Both the position numbers and the translations under genes were made by a program. From assembly GCA_964567575.1 (NCBI GenBank), contig CAZMMZ010000003.1:1-64000 (forward strand): a DNA stretch of 64,000 bases, written 5' to 3'. The notes beneath the pieces are model-generated. The model did not search any database, was not told where the DNA came from, and was given only the letters and a program-made list of their open reading frames with translations. Numbering within the stretch: the stretch's first letter is position 1; every line of letters starts with the position of its first letter. The DNA comes from Candidatus Undinarchaeota archaeon. Its GTDB lineage: Archaea > Undinarchaeota > Undinarchaeia > Undinarchaeales > UBA543. Below, in pieces: positions 1-8,517 of the stretch.

Positions 1-759
1 ATAAAACCTGAGTGGGTTGAGAAGCAGCCCCTTTATGCATTAATTCTTGGAGCATGTTTAACAACTATTGGTATTTGGATTGGTGCAATTATTTTCACAG
101 AAGACGCGAGTTTGGCTGGAGTTCTTTTCACAACCATCTCTGCAGTTCCGTTCTTCAAAAAAATTCTGGATCTTGAGGAAGCAGCGCGTGTTAATATTAA
201 AACAACTGCTGAAGCAATGAAGCGCAACTTATGGATTATATTCATTTATGGAATGTTTTTCATTGGAATGACATTTGCATACATGCTTTGGTATATGATT
301 TTACCTGATCTTATGAATGGTTTGATTTTCAGCAAGCAGCTTGCGGTTTTCGGTGGAGGAACCTCTAGTTTCCTCGGTCAATTCTCTGGCTCTCATATGA
401 ATTACTTTTTCCCAATTCTTCTAAATAATCTTAAAGTCGTGTTTGTCTGCATGGTTCTTTCACTGCTTTACGGAAGCGGTTCAATATTATTACTTGCCTG
501 GAATGCATCAGTGCTTGGTGTATTCATTGGCAGTTTCGGAAAACTCACTTCTTTTATTGCCTTCATTCCACATACAGGAATGGAATTCATTGCATTCTTC
601 TTTGCAGCTATATCTGGGGCTCTGATTTCAATGTTGGTTCTACATAATAAACAGAGAATGAAGAAAACAGCAGAGCGAATCATGTTTGATTCTATGGGGA
701 TGTTCATGGTCGCCTTGGTTTTGATTTTTATTGGTGCGTTTATTGAAGTTATGATCTAA
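1..759 (+). CDS. Stage II sporulation protein M (SpoIIM)-family membrane protein, 5' end beyond the window
   Basis: Frame 1 is open from base 1 (IKPEWVEKQPLYALILG...). Multiple TM segments; LNNLKV...LLAWNASVLG and PHTGMEFIAFFFAAISG...GAFIE motifs. Confidence 0.7.
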   Translation: MKPEWVEKQPLYALILGACLTTIGIWIGAIIFTEDASLAGVLFTTISAVPFFKKILDLEEAARVNIKTTAEAMKRNLWIIFIYGMFFIGMTFAYMLWYMILPDLMNGLIFSKQLAVFGGGTSSFLGQFSGSHMNYFFPILLNNLKVVFVCMVLSLLYGSGSILLLAWNASVLGVFIGSFGKLTSFIAFIPHTGMEFIAFFFAAISGALISMLVLHNKQRMKKTAERIMFDSMGMFMVALVLIFIGAFIEVMI

Positions 760-773
760 CTTAATACAAAACC

Positions 774-780
774 TTATATA
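774..780 (+). promoter_or_regulatory. Putative TATA box for the tRNA-His/hisS leader
   Basis: TTATATA preceded by A-rich BRE-like AAAACC, about 25-30 nt upstream of the structured region at 805. Confidence 0.45.
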
Positions 781-809
781 CTGGGACAGTTACATATGTC
801 ACTACTATG

Positions 810-834
810 ATGAACAGAAGGGATTGCCTTCACA
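810..834 (+). repeat. 25-nt direct repeat, copy 1 (hairpin GAAGG-GATTG-CCTTC)
   Basis: atgaacagaagggattgccttcaca matches 2308-2332 at 24/25 positions. Confidence 0.85.
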
Positions 835-918
835 GTTGTTGAACAAGTAAGTTCATCTAGTTTCACTTTTCAAAAACTTTTAAGTACTAGTGAAAGCTCT
901 ATTTCTTGTTATAAAATT

Positions 919-994
919 GGCCTGGGTAGTCTAGCGGTTAGGATGGGGGATTGTGGATCCTCAGAGTCGAGTTCGATTCTCGGCCCGGGCCCCA
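919..994 (+). tRNA. tRNA-His(GUG) with encoded G-1 and CCA
   Basis: Acceptor G-1/GCCTGGG pairs with CCCGGGC-C73. Anticodon arm GGGGA-TTGTGGA-TCCTC, T-loop GTTCGATTC, 3' CCA. Confidence 0.97.
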
Positions 995-1018
995 TTTACA
1001 TTCAAAGGGGGAAAACAA

Positions 1019-2311
1019 ATGCCTAAATTTGAAACACCGCGCGGAATGCGCGACTTCTTACCAGAAGACATGGAAAAACGAAGCTATGTTATTGAAGCGA
1101 TTCGAAAAGTTTATTCAAGATATGGTTTCAGGGAAATTCAAACACCAGCATTAGAAAGTTTAGACTTGCTTAATGCAAAATCTGGTGGTGGAAAAGAAGT
1201 TTCAAAACAAATTTTTGCACTTAAAGATCAAAGCGGACGAATGTTGGGAATGCGATTTGATCAAACTGTTCCTACAGCTCGCGTTGTAGCAAACAATTCA
1301 CAACTTCCTAAACCTTTCAAAAGATTTGTTATTGGCCCGGTATGGCGCTACGAGCGTCCACAAGCTGGTCGCTTCCGCGAATTCTGGCAAGCAGATGTTG
1401 ATATTTTCGGAGTTGATGGTGTAGAAGCAGATTTAGAATCTGTTGCGTGTGCCATTGACGTAATGCAAGAATTAAATTTCAAAGAATTTTATGTTGATAT
1501 TAACAACCGCAAGCTCGTTGAAGGTATTGCGCTTGATTATGGTTTTAAATCAACTGATGTTCCTGAGCTTCTTCGATGTATTGACAAGCTTGACAAAATT
1601 GGAGAAGATGCTGTAGTTGCAGAAATGAAGGAAAAGAAACTTGATGAAGAGCAAGGTCGAAATCTTCTCAATGCTTTGGTTGCTGAAGGAAAACCAACTG
1701 AAATTTTGAAAACTGCAAAAAAGCTAGCAAAAAACGAAACTGCAAAACAAGGAATTGAAGAACTTGAAGAATTTTTCAAACTTGCAAAATCATACGGCAT
1801 TTCTGATTATCTTAGATTAAATCTCAGTTTAGCTCGTGGTCTTGATTATTACACTGGGATGGTTTTTGAAATAATTGCAAAGGATGCGAAAATCGGTTCA
1901 ATTACTGGTGGTGGTCGTTATGACAAACTTATTTCACTTGCTGGTGGACAGGATTTACCAGCTACTGGAATTTCAATTGGTGTTGACAGACTTGTTCAGG
2001 TCCTTGAACAAGTTGGGAAGCTTCCAACTTTGAATAGTGTTAAAGCTCTCGTTTGCTATTTCCCAGGCTGCAAAGAAAAAGCAATTGAAATTGTTCAGCA
2101 ATTAAGAAAAGCCGGAATCAATTCAGACTTTGATACAAAAGGTCGAAGTATTTCAAAGAATTTAGATTTTGCAAATTCAAATGGAATTCCATTTGTGGTC
2201 ATACTTGGTGAAAAAGAAATTAAAGAAAATCAAGTTGCAGTTAAAGATATGGAAAAGGGAGAGCAGTCGCTTGTTACACTAGGTGATTTAATTAAGAGGT
2301 TAACAAAATGA
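1019..2311 (+). CDS. hisS: Histidyl-tRNA synthetase
   Basis: TPRGMRDFLP, RFDQTVP, WRYERPQAGRFREFWQADVD, LARGLDYYTG and GGGRYD motifs. Start moved to ATG 1019 because the ORF-track start lies inside the tRNA. Confidence 0.97.
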   Translation: MPKFETPRGMRDFLPEDMEKRSYVIEAIRKVYSRYGFREIQTPALESLDLLNAKSGGGKEVSKQIFALKDQSGRMLGMRFDQTVPTARVVANNSQLPKPFKRFVIGPVWRYERPQAGRFREFWQADVDIFGVDGVEADLESVACAIDVMQELNFKEFYVDINNRKLVEGIALDYGFKSTDVPELLRCIDKLDKIGEDAVVAEMKEKKLDEEQGRNLLNALVAEGKPTEILKTAKKLAKNETAKQGIEELEEFFKLAKSYGISDYLRLNLSLARGLDYYTGMVFEIIAKDAKIGSITGGGRYDKLISLAGGQDLPATGISIGVDRLVQVLEQVGKLPTLNSVKALVCYFPGCKEKAIEIVQQLRKAGINSDFDTKGRSISKNLDFANSNGIPFVVILGEKEIKENQVAVKDMEKGEQSLVTLGDLIKRLTK

Positions 2312-2332
2312 ATAGAAGGGATTGCCTTCACA
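2308..2332 (+). repeat. 25-nt direct repeat, copy 2 (overlaps the hisS stop codon)
   Basis: atgaatagaagggattgccttcaca. Confidence 0.85.
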
Positions 2333-2341
2333 CTCAGTTCT

Positions 2342-3046
2342 AAGAAAAAAGTAATTGGTGTTCTTGGTGGTATGGGTCCGGTTTCTACAGCTGAATTTTA
2401 TAGAGAAATAATTAGACAATGTCAGAAACAATATGGTGCCAAATATGATGAGGATTATCCTGAAATTTTTATTTACAATCTTCCAATCCCTGATGTTGTT
2501 GAAGGTTTGAAAACTCCAGAAAAAACTCTTGATGTTCTAGTAAACGGTGCAAGAAAATTAGCTTCGCTTGATATTGATTTTATGACTATTCCTTGTAATA
2601 CAGTTCAGTATTTTTATGAAGATATTCAAGCGAAACTTTCTGTTCCCCTTCTAAATATTATAAAAGAATCTGCTAAGAAATTAAAATCATTGGGTTATTC
2701 TAAAATCAGTCTTCTTGCAACTGAAACAACAATTAAAACTAAATTATATGAAAAAATATTTTCTGAATTAGGTATAACTCTTTTTCCACCTCAAAATCAA
2801 TCAACAGTTACTAGAATAATCCTTAATATTCTTGCAGGCAAAAGAACCACCTCTGATAAAAATGATTTACTCCAGATAATTAGTGAATTAAAAGAACAAG
2901 GAGCAGAAGCAGTTCTCTTGGGATGTACTGATTTATCTTTCTTTTTGGATGAGCAAGATTCCTCTTTACCAATATATGATTCAACTATAATCCTAGCTGA
3001 AATGACTGTTAAATATGCGATTACTCAAACCAAACAAATTAAATAA
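2342..3046 (+). CDS. Aspartate/glutamate racemase family protein, start codon uncertain
   Basis: KKVIGVLGGMGP, IPCNT and LLGCTDL two-cysteine motifs. The conserved N-terminus lies upstream of ATG 2372 and has no in-frame canonical start. Confidence 0.85.
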   Translation, partial: KKKVIGVLGGMGPVSTAEFYREIIRQCQKQYGAKYDEDYPEIFIYNLPIPDVVEGLKTPEKTLDVLVNGARKLASLDIDFMTIPCNTVQYFYEDIQAKLSVPLLNIIKESAKKLKSLGYSKISLLATETTIKTKLYEKIFSELGITLFPPQNQSTVTRIILNILAGKRTTSDKNDLLQIISELKEQGAEAVLLGCTDLSFFLDEQDSSLPIYDSTIILAEMTVKYAITQTKQIK

Positions 3047-3068
3047 TCGTTTCTCTTACTAATTTACA

Positions 3069-3563
3069 ATGGTTACTAAGAAACAATTCGCTGAAATAAC
3101 AAAAGAGCACCAAGAGCATATTTTAGCTGCGCTATTCAAAGCAGAACACAAAACTTTTACAAATATTAAAGTTGGTTTGGATATTGATACTTCAAAAGCA
3201 TATAGTATTCGCGTTGCTGTTATTTTGATGTGCGAACTTCCTGATGAAATTGTTAAAAAGATTTTTGTAATCCAACAGGATTCAAACAAATTCATTTCAA
3301 AATTGGATGTTGCTGAGTTTTCAGAATACGCTGCAGAGTTGGAGAAAACTGGTTTCTTTGTTCCAGAGCGCGATGATCTTGTTGTAATAACTCCTGAAGA
3401 TGTTCCTGTTGAAGCGTACAAAAATCTTCGTGGAAAAATAATTTTTATGAGTATTGATACTGTTCTAAAAGGTCTTGATGATAAATATGAAGATAATCGA
3501 GAATTAAGAGATGTGTTGCGGCATTATGGTTTTGTTCGAGAAAAGAACGACGATTCTTATTAA
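3069..3563 (+). CDS. Hypothetical protein
   Basis: 164-aa ORF with normal codon usage; no recognisable motif. Confidence 0.6.
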   Translation: MVTKKQFAEITKEHQEHILAALFKAEHKTFTNIKVGLDIDTSKAYSIRVAVILMCELPDEIVKKIFVIQQDSNKFISKLDVAEFSEYAAELEKTGFFVPERDDLVVITPEDVPVEAYKNLRGKIIFMSIDTVLKGLDDKYEDNRELRDVLRHYGFVREKNDDSY

Positions 3564-3994
3564 CTTCCTACTTTCACTTTTTCAACAGGAACTTCTAAAT
3601 TTATCAAAGTATTAAATTCTTCAGGTTCTTCTGCAATAATATCTGATACTGTTATAATTCCTAAAATTTCTCCTTGCTCATTTATTACTGGTAATTTTTT
3701 TATTTTATGTTTTGTCATTAACTCAGCTGCTTCTTGTAAAGTATTTCCAGGGCCAATTGCGTGAACTGGTGAACTCATAATCTCGCTTAATTTTGTTTTT
3801 TTCGGATCTTTGTCTTTTGCAATAACTTTGTAAATAATATCTGTTGTTGTTACAATTCCGAGGATATCTGTTTTTGAAGCAATTAAAAGTGTGCGCTCTT
3901 TTTTCTCAGCAAGTACTTTTACAGCGCTCGAAACAGTGCTGTCTTCGCCTTTAACTTCAAATTGTTGTTCCATTACTTCTTCTACAGTTTTCAT
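3560..3994 (-). CDS. Tandem CBS-domain protein
   Basis: ILGIVTTTDI and KIKKLPVINEQGEILGIITVSDI; likely start MKTVEEVM. Confidence 0.9.
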   Translation of the reverse strand: MKTVEEVMEQQFEVKGEDSTVSSAVKVLAEKKERTLLIASKTDILGIVTTTDIIYKVIAKDKDPKKTKLSEIMSSPVHAIGPGNTLQEAAELMTKHKIKKLPVINEQGEILGIITVSDIIAEEPEEFNTLINLEVPVEKVKVGS

Positions 3995-4060
3995 AATACC
4001 ACATTTATTTTTCAAGTTTATATTAGTAACCTTTTTTAACCCCAATAATAAAGACGTATT

Positions 4061-4888
4061 ATGGACATTGGGAAATTCATCAGGCGAAGTGTCACCGATT
4101 ATCTTAACAATCCGATAATTATGCTCCCATTTGCAATAATGGGGTTAATTGGTGCTGGTTTAAGTATTATCTCTCAATTTTATCTTCATTCTAGTACATC
4201 AGTGTTTGATGAAGCAGCAATTAAAATAGCGATTGCTAGCGGACACATTCCTATGGATCTTTTGGTTATTCTTGGAAAATATTTTTTAATTGTTATAGTT
4301 TCAATTGTTGCACTTTCTCTTGTTAGTTCATTTTTCCATGCGTTTTCAATTGGATTAGCTCAAAAAATTGCAAAGAAAAAGAAACCAACGTTCAAAGATG
4401 GTTCAAATGCATTTAAATTCGGTTTCAAAGTTTTCAGTTTCAAAGTTCTTATTTGGCTTTTCACTGGGCTTGGAATTATTTTAATAACATTGCCAACGGT
4501 TTTCTTGTTTGGATCATTTGGTCTTTTGCTCTCATGTGTTTTCGTGTTTTTCTTTTCTCTTTTATTACAATTTGTAGGATTCTTTGGAAAGCAAGCAATT
4601 GTTCTTGAAAAACTCGGAGCATGGTCAGCATTTCAAAGAAGCTTTAAATTAATTCGAAAAAATCTTGAAAATGTTCTTCTTCTACTTGGTGCGTATATTT
4701 TCTTCTTCGCGGTTTTTCTTATTTTCAAAAAAATTGCAGTAACAATTGCTAATTACGTTTTCGCAGGATTTAGTCTTGTTGTGTTCACACAAGCAGCAAA
4801 CTTTATCTTCACATTCTTGATTCTTTCGCCAATTTTTGTTATAATAAAAACATCTTACTTCATTAAGAAATCATCTAAGCGTCGATAG
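4061..4888 (+). CDS. Multi-pass membrane protein
   Basis: About 6 TM helices; the C-terminal 'AIVLEKLGAWSAFQRSFKLIRKN' pattern is typical of uncharacterised archaeal membrane proteins. Confidence 0.7.
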   Translation: MDIGKFIRRSVTDYLNNPIIMLPFAIMGLIGAGLSIISQFYLHSSTSVFDEAAIKIAIASGHIPMDLLVILGKYFLIVIVSIVALSLVSSFFHAFSIGLAQKIAKKKKPTFKDGSNAFKFGFKVFSFKVLIWLFTGLGIILITLPTVFLFGSFGLLLSCVFVFFFSLLLQFVGFFGKQAIVLEKLGAWSAFQRSFKLIRKNLENVLLLLGAYIFFFAVFLIFKKIAVTIANYVFAGFSLVVFTQAANFIFTFLILSPIFVIIKTSYFIKKSSKRR

Positions 4889-5294
4889 CTTCGCGAAGTT
4901 TAATATTAAGTTTCTTTTCGAGTTTTCTAATAAGCTTCTCATCTGGGTGCGCGCTTCCAGATATAAGTTTGCTAATCACCGAACTCTTTTCATTTAACAT
5001 AGCTGCGAATTCTTCCAGTTTCTTTCCGCTTTGTTGCCATGCTTTTTGTATTATCTTTCCATACTCTTCAACAAGTTCATAGTCATCACTAACATCTGAA
5101 GAATACGGAATCCCAACTTTTCGTCCTGGTGGTTTGTAACTATTTGTTTGACTTGGCGATACTGCAACAGAAGGTTTTGAGAACTGCACTTCTTCTCCAT
5201 ACTTTACACAATTCTCACAAACATTCAGAATAGATCCCTCGACACTAATTTTTCTAGGGTTTTGTATTTCCTTTCCGCACAATTCACACTCCAT
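4875..5294 (-). CDS. mbf1: Archaeal multiprotein bridging factor aMBF1 (TIGR00270 family)
   Basis: N-terminal CELCG...VCENC zinc ribbon, ELVEEYGKII linker and C-terminal HTH. Confidence 0.9.
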   Translation of the reverse strand: MECELCGKEIQNPRKISVEGSILNVCENCVKYGEEVQFSKPSVAVSPSQTNSYKPPGRKVGIPYSSDVSDDYELVEEYGKIIQKAWQQSGKKLEEFAAMLNEKSSVISKLISGSAHPDEKLIRKLEKKLNIKLREAIDA

Positions 5295-5337
5295 AATAGT
5301 CTAAGTAATAACTTCTTTTGTTAAAAATCTTGCGAAT

Positions 5338-5871
5338 TTAGTTTTTTGGAGCTTTTACAGTTATTCGTCCTTTTCTGCTTTCAAATCCAACTGCATTGAA
5401 ATAATATACTGTTGGTCCTTCAAGAGCGATACTCCAGGATTCTCCTGGTCGTATTTTTGGAGAATATGTATGTCGTGAATATGTTACTAAATCTATTCCA
5501 TGCATGTTATAGTCTTCATCATTTATCCAAGTAACAATTGTTCCACTTTCTATTGTAACATCATTTGGTTTGAATCGATTGTCCCTTAATATGATTTCAA
5601 CCATTTCTATCTCTTCAAGTGTTTCTGGTTCTTCAACAACTTCTATTTCTTCTTCAATCTTCTCTTCAACAATTTCTATGTCAGCTTCTGGTTCAATTTG
5701 TATTATTGCTTCGCGTGGTGGGTTTGCAATATCAATGCTTGCTGTTGCTTCTCCTTCTCCTGCAACCACTAGAACTTTTGCAGGTGTCATGAATAGTGCT
5801 ACAACAAGAACTATTATTATAAGTATTAATCCAATAAGGAAGATATCCTCTTTATTTTTCATACTTTCCAC
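5338..5871 (-). CDS. Membrane-anchored cupredoxin-fold protein lacking copper ligands
   Basis: N-terminal TM, acidic linker, then FKPNDVTIESGTIVTWIN...H...PGESWS; YYFNAVGFESRKG replaces the usual Y-C-x-x-H-x-x-M. Confidence 0.7.
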   Translation of the reverse strand: MESMKNKEDIFLIGLILIIIVLVVALFMTPAKVLVVAGEGEATASIDIANPPREAIIQIEPEADIEIVEEKIEEEIEVVEEPETLEEIEMVEIILRDNRFKPNDVTIESGTIVTWINDEDYNMHGIDLVTYSRHTYSPKIRPGESWSIALEGPTVYYFNAVGFESRKGRITVKAPKN

Positions 5872-5926
5872 TAATCAATTTAAGTTTATAAGGATTTTGG
5901 ACTGGCTAATTTGAATATAAAAGTAG

Positions 5927-5988
5927 TGCCTCTGCCCGCCCATCTTTCATCATATTGTAATCAGCTCGATGTCGGTACATCATCGGCA
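5927..5988 (-). ncRNA. Box C/D guide sRNA, predicted targets 23S A2503 and 16S C1402 (E. coli numbering)
   Basis: Minus strand reads TGCC-G-ATGATGT(C)-ACCGACATCGAG-CTGA(D')-TTACAAT-ATGATGA(C')-AAGATGGGCGGG-CAGA(D)-GGCA. Terminal stem TGCC/GGCA; TATA-like ATTTATA at 6011-6017. Confidence 0.88.
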
Positions 5989-6035
5989 ATATGTTTTGGT
6001 TTAAAGGTTGTATAAATAGTTTTAATTTGCGAGTT

Positions 6036-6953
6036 TCAAAAATTATCTAAATAATGTTGATACTTATGGCGCATTATTTTCTCAGTTCCTGCTGTTTTGA
6101 CAAAACCATGTGATCTACTCTGTTTAAGTGTTTCATATGATATGCCATCACTTACAATAATATATTTTGAGAAAAGCCGAATATTATTGGGTGTCTTCCG
6201 TACTACATCCAGGAATTCCGATAAACAAATTTTTGCATATCCCCCAGTTACCATAAAATAATCTATCCTTGGGTCTATTTGATTCAAAGCATCAATCGCA
6301 TAATGAGCTGCTTCTTTTTTCTTTCTAAAATCTTTATAGATTTTTGTTATAGGAGGTCCGCCTCGTACTGGAGTTATATCTTTTGAATCTTCAGCATCCT
6401 GTTTTAATCGGTTTTTTAATTCTCTAGGCATTTTTTCAAATCTGAAACCATTGTGCATAATCCTCCAAGTATTATAGTTTTTCTTTTCTTCTTTCTGTGA
6501 TTTTTTATTATAATTAAGTTTGAAACCAGGAACATCTGAATTATATGGATCATGTGTTTGTCCAAATACATTATCATAATCAGTTGAGGATGAGGCAGTC
6601 CAATTGTAAGTATATATTTCATCATCATCTCCATATCGCTCCTGATAAGCATCCGCCATATCTGTTGGATTGGCATCATCTCTTTGGTCAGAATAATCTA
6701 GTCCTGCGTGATCTTGCTGTACATGTTCCAAAATATCATTCATGTCTTTAATTCTGTAAATAATTCGTATATCTGCAAGATTGTAAATATCTTCTAGAAA
6801 ATAGCTTGAATATGTTTCATAAATGATTGGGATTTTTCTTTTTTTCAGAATATTAGCAAATTTTAATATTTCATAATACTGGTCTTCATCACATCGCAAA
6901 TTTGTCCATGGTTGTATCATGAAAAGCGCTGCTCTATTTCTGTATTTTCCCAT
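6036..6953 (-). CDS. Hypothetical protein, possibly a divergent cysteine hydrolase (isochorismatase-like) fold
   Basis: AALFMIQP near the N-terminus and IDYFMVTGGYAKICL loosely resemble isochorismatase motifs; long acidic insertion between them. Confidence 0.4.
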   Translation of the reverse strand: MGKYRNRAALFMIQPWTNLRCDEDQYYEILKFANILKKRKIPIIYETYSSYFLEDIYNLADIRIIYRIKDMNDILEHVQQDHAGLDYSDQRDDANPTDMADAYQERYGDDDEIYTYNWTASSSTDYDNVFGQTHDPYNSDVPGFKLNYNKKSQKEEKKNYNTWRIMHNGFRFEKMPRELKNRLKQDAEDSKDITPVRGGPPITKIYKDFRKKKEAAHYAIDALNQIDPRIDYFMVTGGYAKICLSEFLDVVRKTPNNIRLFSKYIIVSDGISYETLKQSRSHGFVKTAGTEKIMRHKYQHYLDNF

Positions 6954-6981
6954 AATTAGTTACGTTATTTTAACTTGTATA

Positions 6982-7410
6982 TTACTCTTGTTCTTGTGGT
7001 GCTGGAACTGGGTCTGAAGGTTGTGGTGCTTCTGGTTGCGGTTCAGGGGCTGGTTCTGGTGCAGGCTCTGGCTCAGGTTCTTCAGGGGTAGCTTCTGGTT
7101 CTTCAGGGGTAGCTTCTGGTTCTTCAGGAGCAACAGGAGTTTCTTCAGGAACTTCTGTAACTGCTGGTTGTTCTGGTTCTTCCACTGTTGATTCTTCTGG
7201 CACTGGTGTTGTGTCTAATGGTTTTACTTCAATTGCACCAGTTGGGCATGCGCCTTGGCAAGCTCCACATTCAATACAATGATTTGGTTTGAAATCCTGT
7301 GTTTCAACTCTTGGGAATCCTTCAGAGTCCTTATCAATTGCAGTTACTGGACATACTCCAATACATGCATAATTTTTTTGACATTTTGTTTTATCTACTA
7401 CTGCTGGCAT
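6982..7410 (-). CDS. 2x[4Fe-4S] ferredoxin with long Pro/Glu-rich tail
   Basis: CQKNYACIGVCP and CIECGACQGACP; likely start MPAVVDKTKC. The tail has a 21-nt tandem repeat (PEEPEAT) at 7076-7117. Confidence 0.9.
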   Translation of the reverse strand: MPAVVDKTKCQKNYACIGVCPVTAIDKDSEGFPRVETQDFKPNHCIECGACQGACPTGAIEVKPLDTTPVPEESTVEEPEQPAVTEVPEETPVAPEEPEATPEEPEATPEEPEPEPAPEPAPEPQPEAPQPSDPVPAPQEQE

Positions 7411-7522
7411 TTTATTTTCCTCGTGCGTTTGGTTGAGAATAATTGTATTTAAGTTTATCCGCTTCTGCAAATTTTTTACACACCTGGAAACTTTATTAAA
7501 GAAACAATGCTTGTTTTATTCT

Positions 7523-8494
7523 ATGAAGTCTTCAGCAATTGCTCACTCAAATATAGCACTTATCAAATACTGGGGACGCTCTTCAGAATTGAATATCCCA
7601 CTGAACGACAGTATCAGCATGACAAAAAATGGTATTGGGGATATTAAACTCAAAGCTCATACAACAATTGATTTTTCTGAAGATTTTTCTGAAGATGTTG
7701 CAATTCTCAATGGAGAACAATTATCTGATAGAAATCTTGAAAGAATTCTTTTGGTTATCAATCCTTTGCGAGAAAAATCTGCAATTAATTTAAATTTTAA
7801 AATGGAAAGCAAAAATGATTTTCCCACACAAAGTGGACTTGCATCGTCTGCTGCTGGTTTTGCAGCGCTTGCAACTGCTGCATCTGCTGCACTTGAATTA
7901 AAATTATCAAAAGAAGAATTATCAACATACGCGCGTCTCGGCTCTGGATCTGCAGCTCGTTCAATTCATGACGGCTTTGTCCATTGGCATACTGGTGAAG
8001 ATCATGAAAGTTCTTTTGCTGAGCAAATCTGCGAACCAAATGATTTTCAAATGAATGCTGTTATTGCAGTTATTAATGAGGAGAAAAAGAAAGTCACTTC
8101 TGATGTTGGTCATGATTCTGCTTTTACAAGTCCGTTGAATTCTCCAAGAGTAACACGATCTCAAGAGCATGCTGAATTAATTCGCAAAGCAATTCTTGAT
8201 GATGACTTTACAACTGTTGGAAAAATCGCAGAGAGCAGTGCGCTTTACATGCATGCAGTAATGATGACTTCAAACCCTGCTTTGTATTATTGGTCTTCTA
8301 AAACTGAAAAAGTCATGGACTTAGTTCGAGATTCTGATATCAATTGTTTCTTTACAATTGATGCCGGTCCGAATGTTCATGTTCTATGCAGACCTGAGAA
8401 TCGCGAGGAAGTTGAGAAACTTCTTTCAGATTACAAAACAATTCCTGCTGAACCAGGAGAAGGTTCTTCAGTGGTGCAGGAACACTTATTTTAA
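7523..8494 (+). CDS. mvaD: Mevalonate (di)phosphate decarboxylase, likely phosphomevalonate decarboxylase (PMD, Chloroflexi-like)
   Basis: AHSNIALIKYWG, GLASSAAG, RLGSGSAARS and TIDAGPNVH motifs. S-x-x-G-H and MHAVMMTS-P-L-YW recall Chloroflexi PMD rather than the SR-x-GM of DMD. Confidence 0.88.
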   Translation: MKSSAIAHSNIALIKYWGRSSELNIPLNDSISMTKNGIGDIKLKAHTTIDFSEDFSEDVAILNGEQLSDRNLERILLVINPLREKSAINLNFKMESKNDFPTQSGLASSAAGFAALATAASAALELKLSKEELSTYARLGSGSAARSIHDGFVHWHTGEDHESSFAEQICEPNDFQMNAVIAVINEEKKKVTSDVGHDSAFTSPLNSPRVTRSQEHAELIRKAILDDDFTTVGKIAESSALYMHAVMMTSNPALYYWSSKTEKVMDLVRDSDINCFFTIDAGPNVHVLCRPENREEVEKLLSDYKTIPAEPGEGSSVVQEHLF

Positions 8495-8517
8495 GGGGAG
8501 GAAACTATCACAATTCA

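Noticed and set aside
805-860. Second box C/D sRNA (ATGATGA at 807)
   Set aside because: No CTGA-like D/D' boxes at proper spacing and no rRNA-complementary guide; the C-like box is sequestered in a stem.
953-1018. ORF-track N-terminal extension of HisRS
   Set aside because: It runs through the tRNA-His gene; the conserved protein starts at ATG 1019.
5965-5976. 23S rRNA fragment
   Set aside because: Only 12 nt match; it is explained as the antisense of the sRNA guide.
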